Assembly: GCA_001800975.1 (NCBI GenBank) | Contig: MGWK01000032.1 | Coordinates: 1,966 to 65,965 of the forward strand | From: Flavobacteria bacterium RIFCSPLOWO2_12_FULL_35_11 | GTDB lineage: Bacteria; Bacteroidota; Bacteroidia; Flavobacteriales; Flavobacteriaceae | Direction: 5' to 3' | Length of the DNA: 64,000 nt | Part shown: piece after piece, positions 27,847-36,035 of the stretch | How positions within the stretch are numbered: the stretch's first letter is position 1 | How the letters are laid out: each line of letters opens with the position of its first letter | Notes under the pieces: generated by a model | Seen by the model: the letters and a program-made list of their open reading frames with translations, nothing else | Told to the model about the DNA's origin: nothing | Databases searched by the model: none | Made by a program: the position numbers and the translations under genes

Positions 27847-28687
27847 ATTGACGATGGAAGATTTTGAAAAAGTTTCTTCAAATCAAGAACTTTTAAAACT
27901 CATTAAGGAAAAAAATATTCCTTTTGATAAAGTCGCAAAACGATTGTTTTATGAAGTAGAGCTGCGCAATTTACAAATTGAATTGGTGAAGCTGCAACAG
28001 TGGATTACAAAAAATAAAATGCGGGTGGCCATCATTTTTGAAGGACGCGATGCCGCTGGAAAAGGAGGGAATATTCGCAGGTTTACGGAACATTTGAATC
28101 CGCGTGCCATGAATGTGGTGGCATTAACAAAACCTACAGAAATTGAGCGTGGCCAATGGTATTTTAGACGATATATTAAAGAAATGCCAAACACCGGGGA
28201 AATTGTATTTTTCGATAGAAGTTGGTACAACAGGGCTGTTGTTGAGCCGGTTATGGGTTTTTGTACAGAAACTCAATATCAAAATTTTATGGTTCAGGTT
28301 TCTGAATTTGAACATATGATGTATGAAGATGGCATGGTTTTAATAAAATTTTGGTTTTCAATTTCAAAAGAAGAACAATTGTCTCGCTTTAATGCGCGTA
28401 TTGCAACACCTTTAAAACGTTGGAAATTTAGTCCGGTCGACAGGAAAAGTCAGGAGCTTTGGGATCAATACACACATTACAAAGAACAAATGTATAGCCG
28501 AACACACACCAGCTATAGCCCGTGGATTACCGTGAAGGCAAACGACAAAAAATTGGCGCGTTTGGAAAGCATCAGATATGTGCTGTCCCAATTTAACTAT
28601 GAAGGAAAAGAAAATGCTTCCACCATATTATTTCCAGATCCAAATATTGTGATGCGTTATTACCGTTCAGCCAAACAAATTGATTAA
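27830..28687 (+). CDS. ppk2: Polyphosphate kinase 2, copy 1
   Basis: FEGRDAAGKGG Walker A, FDRSWYNR Walker B and KRWKFSPVD lid. Confidence 0.95.
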   Translation: MQESPKLTMEDFEKVSSNQELLKLIKEKNIPFDKVAKRLFYEVELRNLQIELVKLQQWITKNKMRVAIIFEGRDAAGKGGNIRRFTEHLNPRAMNVVALTKPTEIERGQWYFRRYIKEMPNTGEIVFFDRSWYNRAVVEPVMGFCTETQYQNFMVQVSEFEHMMYEDGMVLIKFWFSISKEEQLSRFNARIATPLKRWKFSPVDRKSQELWDQYTHYKEQMYSRTHTSYSPWITVKANDKKLARLESIRYVLSQFNYEGKENASTILFPDPNIVMRYYRSAKQID

Positions 28688-28689
28688 TC

Positions 28690-29478
28690 ATGGAGTCCTA
28701 TAAATTAACCGAAAAAGACGTAGAAATTCTTAACACAAATAAGGGATTAAGAGCTTTATTTTCAAAAGAGCCCTATAATTTAGAGAAGGCTGTCAGGTAT
28801 GTTAGATATGAAAATAAATTAAAAAAACTTCAGGTTGAACTCATAAGACTTCAAACTTGGGCAATTGAAGAAAATGAACGAATTATCATCATCTTTGAAG
28901 GAAGGGATGTGGCCGGAAAAGGCGGTGCAATAAGGCGCGCAACCGAACGGATGAATCCTCGGCATTATCGTATAGTTGCCTTGTCAAAACCTACGGAAGA
29001 TGAGCGATCACAATGGTATTTTCAACGTTATGTAATTCAATTTCCTAAAGCCGGTGAGATCATTTTTTTCGACAGAAGCTGGTATAACAGGGCCGTAGTT
29101 GCTCCTGTAAACGGTTTTTGCACGCAACAAGAATATGAAACTTTCATGAATCAGGTAAATGAATTTGAACGTATGATTACCGAATCGGGCATTCATTTGG
29201 TTAAAATTTACATGTCTATCTCAAAGAAAGAACAAGCGAAACGTTTTGAGGACTTAAAAAGCGACCCATTAAAACAATGGAAAATAACGCCGGTTGATGA
29301 AAGAGCCCAAGAGTTATGGGATGTATATACGTACTATAAAAATAAAATGTTTGCAAAAACAAAAGAAGGCGTAGTTGCCTGGAAAATAATTAAAGCGAAT
29401 AAAAAAACGTATGCCAGGGTAGTGGCAATTAACCATATTTTAAGCAGTATTCCTTATGATAAAAAGAGGGAAGTTTAA
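28690..29478 (+). CDS. ppk2: Polyphosphate kinase 2, copy 2
   Basis: FEGRDVAGKGG, FDRSWYNR and KQWKITPVD motifs. Confidence 0.95.
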   Translation: MESYKLTEKDVEILNTNKGLRALFSKEPYNLEKAVRYVRYENKLKKLQVELIRLQTWAIEENERIIIIFEGRDVAGKGGAIRRATERMNPRHYRIVALSKPTEDERSQWYFQRYVIQFPKAGEIIFFDRSWYNRAVVAPVNGFCTQQEYETFMNQVNEFERMITESGIHLVKIYMSISKKEQAKRFEDLKSDPLKQWKITPVDERAQELWDVYTYYKNKMFAKTKEGVVAWKIIKANKKTYARVVAINHILSSIPYDKKREV

Positions 29479-29481
29479 CTG

Positions 29482-30717
29482 TTAAATTTCTTTGCCTTCA
29501 ATAAACACTTTATCAATATGGCTGTTTCCAAATGAATAGGGAAGGAATCCATAACTTGGAATTTCTTTGGTAATCATGAAATTTGTTTTTTTTCCTTTAC
29601 AAATGCTTCCATGTGTTTTTTCCAAGCCCATGGCATAAGCACCGTTAATTGTAGCGGCATTTATGGCCTCTTCCGGGGTCATTTTCATTTTAATGCAAGC
29701 AGTTGAAATAACAAAGTTCATATTGCCGGAAGGAGTTGAACCGGGATTGTAGTCGGTAGCCAGCGCCAAAGGTAAGCCTGCATCAATCATTTTTCTTGCC
29801 GGCGCATAAGGAATGCTTAAAAAATAAGAACAGGAAGGCAAGGCAACAGGCATGGTACAAGTATTTTTTAAAACTTCAATATCTTCATCTCTCATAAGTT
29901 CCAAATGATCTACAGAAAGGGCTTTGTGTTTTACGCCAACCTGAACACCGCCAATGGCCGTAAACTGATTCACATGAATTTTGGGAATTAAACCATATGT
30001 AACTCCAGCCTTTAAAAGTCGGTCGGTATCATCAACAGAAAAATAGCCAGTTTCGCAAAAAACATCAATGTATTCTGCCAAATGTTCTTTTGCGACCAAA
30101 GGTAAAATTTCATCAATCACTTTATCTAAATAGCCGCTTTTATTGTTTTTAAATTCTGAAGGCAGGGCGTGAGCTCCCAAAAAAGTGGACTTGATGGTAA
30201 TTGGGTAGTTTTCATTCAGTTTTTTTATAACGCGCAACATTTTTATTTCCGCTTCAATTGTCAAGCCATAACCCGATTTTATTTCAACGGCACCTGTGCC
30301 CAATTTCATAATTTCTTCAATGCGTTTTGCAGATTGTTGGTACAAATCTTCTTCGGAAGTTTGTTGTAATTTTATGGCTGAATTTAAAATTCCGCCGCCA
30401 TTGTTCGCAATTTCTTCATAAGAGAGTCCATTTATCCTGTCAATAAATTCCTGCTCCCTATTTCCGGCATAAACAATATGCGTATGGCTGTCGCACCAAG
30501 TTGGAAGCACCATTTTTCCGGTCACATCGATGGTTTTATCAACTTTAATTTTAGGCAAATCTTCCATCTTTCCAAAATCTAGGATAATTTCGTCTTCAAT
30601 CAATAAAAAGGCATTTTTTATGGTGGGAAGCACCTTCATTGCCAATCCGCAAACCATTGTTTTCGGCATGTTTTCAACTTGCAGCAATTCTTTTATATTG
30701 ATAATTAATGTTGTCAT
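29482..30717 (-). CDS. hutI: Imidazolonepropionase (start ATG 30717)
   Basis: PTWCDSHTHIVYAG, EIKSGYGL, FLGAHA, DHLE and ATDYNPGSTP motifs. Confidence 0.95.
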   Translation of the reverse strand: MTTLIINIKELLQVENMPKTMVCGLAMKVLPTIKNAFLLIEDEIILDFGKMEDLPKIKVDKTIDVTGKMVLPTWCDSHTHIVYAGNREQEFIDRINGLSYEEIANNGGGILNSAIKLQQTSEEDLYQQSAKRIEEIMKLGTGAVEIKSGYGLTIEAEIKMLRVIKKLNENYPITIKSTFLGAHALPSEFKNNKSGYLDKVIDEILPLVAKEHLAEYIDVFCETGYFSVDDTDRLLKAGVTYGLIPKIHVNQFTAIGGVQVGVKHKALSVDHLELMRDEDIEVLKNTCTMPVALPSCSYFLSIPYAPARKMIDAGLPLALATDYNPGSTPSGNMNFVISTACIKMKMTPEEAINAATINGAYAMGLEKTHGSICKGKKTNFMITKEIPSYGFLPYSFGNSHIDKVFIEGKEI

Positions 30718-30812
30718 ATTTATAAAATCTTCGCTCAAATATACAGCAATTTTAGAGAGCATAAAAGAGGATTTTTATATTGATTCTAGATTAAGGAAAA
30801 TGCTGTTTTTTT

Positions 30813-30855
30813 AGGACATTTATCATATAATAAAGCGTAATTAGCATTATATTTG
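30813..30855 (+). promoter_or_regulatory. Degenerate Fnr/Crp-type box plus -7 element of pta-ackA
   Basis: AGGAC-ATTT-ATCAT (30813-30826), 21-nt spacer, TATATTTG (30848-30855). Confidence 0.65.
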
Positions 30856-30871
30856 CACAAAATTAAAAATA

Positions 30872-32965
30872 ATGAAAAAAGCCATATATATAGCAACCAG
30901 TGAAGCTAACAGTGGTAAGTCAATTGTCACTTTGGGGTTGATGAGGATGTTGTTGGGGAAAACTGCAAAAGTCGGTTATTTCAGACCTATCATTGACAAT
31001 GTCAAAAAAGGTAAAAAGGACAACCATATCAATACCATTATTTCACATTTTCAATTAGATATTAAGCCTAATGATGCTTATGCGTTTACACGAAGTGAAT
31101 TTATAAATATGCGGAATAATGGAAAAGAAGGGGAAATATTCGACACCATTATTTCAAAATACAAAGCGTTAGAAGAAAAAAACGATTTTATGCTGGTTGA
31201 AGGCACCGACTTTTCAGGTGAAGGAATGGCCATTGAATTGGATGCAAATATTTTAATCGCCAAAAATTTAGGAATCCCTGCAATAATCGTTTCTAGCGGT
31301 GTTGGTAAAACATTGGATGAATTTATAGAAGGATTGCATTTGGCTTATGATTCCTTCAAAGAAAAAGAAGTGGAAGTTTTGGCGGTTATTGCCAATAAAG
31401 TTCAGGAAAAAAACATTGAGATTGTTAAAAACGGCGTTGAAAAAAACTTGCCAAAAGATGTTTTTGTAAATGTGATTCCGTTGATAGCCTCGTTAAACAA
31501 TCCAACTATAAAAGAAATTGCAAAAGCTATTGATGCTAAGATTTTGTTTGGTAAAGAACTTATAAATAACCAAACGACAAGTTTTAAGGTTGGGGCCATG
31601 CAATTGCGGAACTATTTAAAACAGTTAGAAGAAAATTGTTTAATCATTACGCCGGGCGACAGAGCCGACATTATTTTAGGAGCTTTACAGGCTAATATTT
31701 CTACCAATTATCCTTCAATTTCAGGAATCGTTTTAACAGGCGGCATTCTTCCTGAAGAACCTATTATTAAGTTAATTGAAGGTTTGCCTCAAATTGTTCC
31801 AATATTAACAGTTAATGAAGGAACCTTTGATGTGGCCAATAAAATTGGGGCAGTTCGTTCTCATATGTATGCTGAAAATAAAGAAAAAATCAATATTTCT
31901 TTAAATACCTTCGACAAGTATGTTGAAGTTGATAAATTGAATGATAAATTAATTACCTTTAAAAGCACTGGAATTACGCCAAGAATGTTTCAATATAATT
32001 TATTGAAACGCGCAAAAAAGATAAGAAAACATATTGTATTGCCGGAAGGTAATGACGACAGAATTATAACGGCAGCTGCACGTTTGGTTCAGAGTGATAT
32101 TGTTGATTTGACTATTTTGGGAACTAAAAGCAATATTGAAAATAAAATACTTCAATTGGGTCTGAAATTAGATTTAGACAAAGTGAAAATTATCAACCCA
32201 ATAGAATCTGAATATTATCAGGATTTCAGCAATACCTTATTTGAACTTAGGAAAGACAAAGGCTTAACCATTGATATGGCAGAAGATTTGATGAGCGATG
32301 TTTCCTATTTTGGAACGATGATGGTTTATAAAGGATTGGCTGACGGAATGGTTTCTGGAGCAGCGCATACCACACAACACACCATTAAACCTGCGTTGCA
32401 GTTTATTAAAACCAAACTGGGCGTTTCAGTGGTTTCCTCCATCTTTTTTATGTGTTTGGAAGACAGAGTTTCTGTTTTTGGCGATTGTGCTATCAACCCG
32501 AACCCAACTTCTGAGCAGTTGGCAGAAATTGCAATTTCTTCAGCAGAATCAAGCATAAATTTTGGAATGGAGCCAAAAATAGCGATGCTTTCTTACTCAT
32601 CGGGCGCCTCAGGAAAAGGGGAAGATGTTGAAAAAGTGAGAAGGGCTACCGAAATTATCAGGGAAAAAAGACCGGATTTAAAAGTGGAAGGTCCAATTCA
32701 ATATGATGCAGCGGTTGATGCCACCATCGGAAAAAGCAAAATGCCCGATTCTGAAGTTGCAGGACGCGCAAACGTATTAATCTTTCCCGATTTAAATACA
32801 GGAAACAATACTTATAAAGCAGTTCAAAGAGAAACTGGCGCATTGGCAATCGGCCCGATGTTACAGGGTTTAAACAAGCCGGTAAACGATTTAAGCAGAG
32901 GATGCACGGTAGACGATATTTTTAATACCGTAATATTAACAGCAATACAAGCACAAGGATTTTAA
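30872..32965 (+). CDS. pta: Phosphate acetyltransferase (long form with DRTGG domain)
   Basis: SGKSIVTLG N-domain, TPGDRAD, LPEGND.RI, GPIQYDAA and GPMLQGL.KPVNDLSRG motifs. Confidence 0.96.
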   Translation: MKKAIYIATSEANSGKSIVTLGLMRMLLGKTAKVGYFRPIIDNVKKGKKDNHINTIISHFQLDIKPNDAYAFTRSEFINMRNNGKEGEIFDTIISKYKALEEKNDFMLVEGTDFSGEGMAIELDANILIAKNLGIPAIIVSSGVGKTLDEFIEGLHLAYDSFKEKEVEVLAVIANKVQEKNIEIVKNGVEKNLPKDVFVNVIPLIASLNNPTIKEIAKAIDAKILFGKELINNQTTSFKVGAMQLRNYLKQLEENCLIITPGDRADIILGALQANISTNYPSISGIVLTGGILPEEPIIKLIEGLPQIVPILTVNEGTFDVANKIGAVRSHMYAENKEKINISLNTFDKYVEVDKLNDKLITFKSTGITPRMFQYNLLKRAKKIRKHIVLPEGNDDRIITAAARLVQSDIVDLTILGTKSNIENKILQLGLKLDLDKVKIINPIESEYYQDFSNTLFELRKDKGLTIDMAEDLMSDVSYFGTMMVYKGLADGMVSGAAHTTQHTIKPALQFIKTKLGVSVVSSIFFMCLEDRVSVFGDCAINPNPTSEQLAEIAISSAESSINFGMEPKIAMLSYSSGASGKGEDVEKVRRATEIIREKRPDLKVEGPIQYDAAVDATIGKSKMPDSEVAGRANVLIFPDLNTGNNTYKAVQRETGALAIGPMLQGLNKPVNDLSRGCTVDDIFNTVILTAIQAQGF

Positions 32966-34150
32966 ATGAAGATATTAGTTATAAATTCAGGCAGTTCATC
33001 CATTAAATATCAATTATTCAGGATGCCTGAAGAAGAAGTTATTTGTTCAGGATTGGTGGAGCGGATTGGCTCAAAAGATGCCGAAATCCACTATAAATCG
33101 AATCATACCAAAATTGATGAGGTATTAGATATTCCAAATCACACGGTTGGCTTGGAAAAAGTTGTCAATCTTTTATTGGATGAAAAAATTGGCGTTATAA
33201 AATCTACTTCAGAAATAGTGGCCGTTGGCCATAGAGTGGTTCACGGCGGAAGCACTTTTTCAAACACAACCATCATTAATCAGGAAGTTAAAGACAAAAT
33301 AAAAACGTTGTTTTCCTTGGCGCCACAACACAATCCGGCAAATTACGAAGGAATTGTGGTTGCGGAATCATTTTTCCCAAATGCAAAACAAATTGCTGTT
33401 TTTGATACCGCTTTTCACCAAACTATTCCGGTTGAAGCCTATAAATATGCCATTCCGACTAAATTTTTAGTGGAAGACAATATTCGTTTGTATGGTTTCC
33501 ACGGAACAAGCCATAAATATGTTTCGGAACAAGCAATTGAACATTTGGGTCTGAAAAATTCAAAAATAATTACCATTCATTTGGGAAATGGCTGCAGTAT
33601 GACGGCCGTTAAAGACGGAAAAAGCATTGACCACACACTTGGTTTCGGACCGGTTACCGGACTTATTATGGGAACAAGAAGCGGCGATATAGACCACGCC
33701 ATTATTTTTCATTTGGTTAATAATTTGGGATATTCGCTAGATGAAGTGAATAATTTGCTTCAAAAAGAAAGCGGTATGTTTGGTTTAACGGGTTACAGTG
33801 ATTTGCGTGACATTGAATCGGAAGCTGAAAAAGGAAATAAGGAATGTCAGTTGGCATTGGATATGAATGCTTACCGAATTAAAAAATATATTGGTGCTTA
33901 TGCAGCTGCCATGAATGGGCTGGATGCCATCATATTTACTGCAGGAATAGGAGAGAACTCAAGTTTTATAAGAAAGCTGGTTTGTACAAATATGGACTAT
34001 TTTGGAATAGAATTGGATGCCAAAAAAAACAATATCAGGGCAAAGGAACTTACTGAAATTCATACGCAACATTCAAAAACAAAGATTTTAATTGTGCCAA
34101 CCAACGAAGAAGTTGAAATTGCCAAGCAGTCTTTTGAATTGCTCAATTAG
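32966..34150 (+). CDS. ackA: Acetate kinase
   Basis: ILVINSGSSSIKYQL, GHRVVHGG, VFDTAFHQT, YGFHGTSH and FTAGIGEN motifs. Confidence 0.97.
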   Translation: MKILVINSGSSSIKYQLFRMPEEEVICSGLVERIGSKDAEIHYKSNHTKIDEVLDIPNHTVGLEKVVNLLLDEKIGVIKSTSEIVAVGHRVVHGGSTFSNTTIINQEVKDKIKTLFSLAPQHNPANYEGIVVAESFFPNAKQIAVFDTAFHQTIPVEAYKYAIPTKFLVEDNIRLYGFHGTSHKYVSEQAIEHLGLKNSKIITIHLGNGCSMTAVKDGKSIDHTLGFGPVTGLIMGTRSGDIDHAIIFHLVNNLGYSLDEVNNLLQKESGMFGLTGYSDLRDIESEAEKGNKECQLALDMNAYRIKKYIGAYAAAMNGLDAIIFTAGIGENSSFIRKLVCTNMDYFGIELDAKKNNIRAKELTEIHTQHSKTKILIVPTNEEVEIAKQSFELLN

Positions 34151-34161
34151 CTCAATAAGAG

Positions 34162-34203
34162 AAATAAAAAAAGCATTGAAAATTTTCAATGCTTTTTTTA
34201 TTT
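34162..34203. terminator. 42-bp perfect palindrome / bidirectional terminator (ackA/fumC)
   Basis: AAATAAAAAAAGCATTGAAAA|TTTTCAATGCTTTTTTTATTT. Confidence 0.88.
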
Positions 34204-34216
34204 TCAAAATTCAAAA

Positions 34217-35614
34217 TTATTTTAGCGTACCAATCATTTCTTCAGGTTTTACCCAAGCATCATAATCTTCCGCAGTAACATAGCCCAATCGAACGGCTTC
34301 TTCTTTTAAGGTTGTTCCGTTTTTGTGTGCGGTATTGGCAATTTCTGCGGCTTTATAGTAACCAATTTTGGTATTTAAAGCAGTCACCAGCATTAACGAA
34401 TTGTTAACCAATTCTGTGATGCGTGAATAATTTGGTTCAATGCCAACAGCGCAGTGTTCATCAAAACTAGCGCAGGCATCACCAAGCAAACGAGCCGATT
34501 GCAAAAAGTTAACCGCCATAATAGGTTTAAAAACGTTTAACTCATAATGGCCTTGAGTTCCGCCAATGGTAATGGCAACATCATTACCCATCACTTGTGC
34601 GCAAACCATAGTTAAAGCTTCCGCCTGGGTAGGATTTACTTTTCCCGGCATAATGGAACTTCCAGGTTCATTTGCAGGAATAATCAATTCTCCAATACCT
34701 GAACGTGGTCCAGAAGCCATCATACGAATGTCATTCGCAATTTTGTTTAAGGACACCGCCAATAATTTTAAGGCACCGTGACTTTCCACAATGGCGTCAT
34801 GTGAAGCCAACGCTTCAAATTTATTTTCAGCAGTAATAAATGGCAATTTGGTAAATTCCGCTATTTTTTTCGCCACCAAAACATCATAACCTTTTGGAGT
34901 ATTCATTCCGGTACCAACAGCGGTTCCGCCTAGAGCCAATTCAGATAAATGTGACAACGTGTTTTTCAACGCTTTTAATCCGTGATCTAATTGAGAAACA
35001 TAGCCTGAAAATTCTTGACCAACTGTTAAAGGCGTTGCATCCATTAAGTGTGTACGGCCAATTTTTACCACATCTTTAAACGCTTCAGATTTTGCTTTTA
35101 AAGTATCGCGCAATTTTTCAACTCCGGGAATAGTGGTGTCAATAATCATTTTATAACAGGCAATATGCATTCCCGTAGGGAAAGTATCATTGCTCGATTG
35201 TGATTTATTTACGTCATCATTAGGCTGAATTGATTTTTCGCCTTCGCCAATAACGCCACCTAACATTTCGTGAGCGCGATTTGCAATCACCTCATTACAA
35301 TTCATATTGCTTTGGGTTCCTGAGCCAGTTTGCCAAATTACCAACGGAAATTGGTCATCGTGTTTGCCTTCTAAAATTTCATCGCAAACGGCAGAAATAA
35401 TATCACGTTTTTTTTCCGGAAGCACGCCCAAATCACAATTTGCATGGGCAGCCGCTTTTTTAAGGTAAGCAAATCCGTAAATAATTTCTAAAGGCATGGA
35501 GGCTGAAGGCCCAATTTTAAAATTGTTTCGGGAACGTTCAGTTTGGGCACCCCAATATTTATCGGCAGGAACTTCAACATTTCCCATGGTGTCTTTTTCT
35601 ATTCTATATTTCAT
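34217..35614 (-). CDS. fumC: Fumarate hydratase class II
   Basis: [30 protein letters not shown] and [11 protein letters not shown] motifs. Confidence 0.97.
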   Translation of the reverse strand: MKYRIEKDTMGNVEVPADKYWGAQTERSRNNFKIGPSASMPLEIIYGFAYLKKAAAHANCDLGVLPEKKRDIISAVCDEILEGKHDDQFPLVIWQTGSGTQSNMNCNEVIANRAHEMLGGVIGEGEKSIQPNDDVNKSQSSNDTFPTGMHIACYKMIIDTTIPGVEKLRDTLKAKSEAFKDVVKIGRTHLMDATPLTVGQEFSGYVSQLDHGLKALKNTLSHLSELALGGTAVGTGMNTPKGYDVLVAKKIAEFTKLPFITAENKFEALASHDAIVESHGALKLLAVSLNKIANDIRMMASGPRSGIGELIIPANEPGSSIMPGKVNPTQAEALTMVCAQVMGNDVAITIGGTQGHYELNVFKPIMAVNFLQSARLLGDACASFDEHCAVGIEPNYSRITELVNNSLMLVTALNTKIGYYKAAEIANTAHKNGTTLKEEAVRLGYVTAEDYDAWVKPEEMIGTLK

Positions 35615-35704
35615 ATTATTATGTTTTTCGATTTTGATGAATCACAAAGTTACCAATTATGGTGTTTTAGTCTATAAAGTTGCTCATTTTTTTTGATTCA
35701 TTTG

Positions 35705-35718
35705 GTGAGAAATATCAC
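35705..35718. promoter_or_regulatory. Candidate Fnr/Crp-type box in the fumC / small-ORF divergent region
   Basis: GTGAG-AAAT-ATCAC (GTGA-N6-TCAC palindrome). Confidence 0.45.
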
Positions 35719-35799
35719 TTTTAAAAAAATAATAATTTGTGTGATAAATTAAAAATAAATACTAATTTTGTAATTATTAAAAAACAACCTTAAAAAGTT

Positions 35800-35970
35800 A
35801 TGGATTTATCGCAGTTTTCAGGATTTTTAGTTTTCTTAACCATTTTTACAATGGGATTTTGGTTAATGATTTTTTTAATAACCTTTGTCGTTCCTTATTG
35901 GTTATTCGGATATTTTAAAGAATCTTGGAAATATAGAAAAGAAGATAAAGCGGCAGCTAAAAAAGAATAA
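35800..35970 (+). CDS. Small membrane protein (56 aa), absent from the ORF track
   Basis: MDLSQFSGFLVFLTIFTMGFWLMIFLITFVVPYWLFGYFKESWKYRKEDKAAAKKE*. TAATTTTG -7 element at 35763-35770, A-rich initiation region and own downstream terminator. Confidence 0.75.
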   Translation: MDLSQFSGFLVFLTIFTMGFWLMIFLITFVVPYWLFGYFKESWKYRKEDKAAAKKE

Positions 35971-35987
35971 TATTACATTAAAGTAAT

Positions 35988-36021
35988 AAAAAAAGGGCAA
36001 TTGAAAAATCGCCCTTTTTTT
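35988..36021. terminator. Bidirectional terminator
   Basis: AAAAAAAGGGC...GCCCTTTTTTT between convergent ORFs. Confidence 0.75.
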
Positions 36022-36035
36022 GTGTTTTGTAATGC

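Noticed and set aside
29482-30717. hutI without other hut genes
   Set aside because: Scattered hut genes are common in Flavobacteriaceae; the others may lie outside the window.
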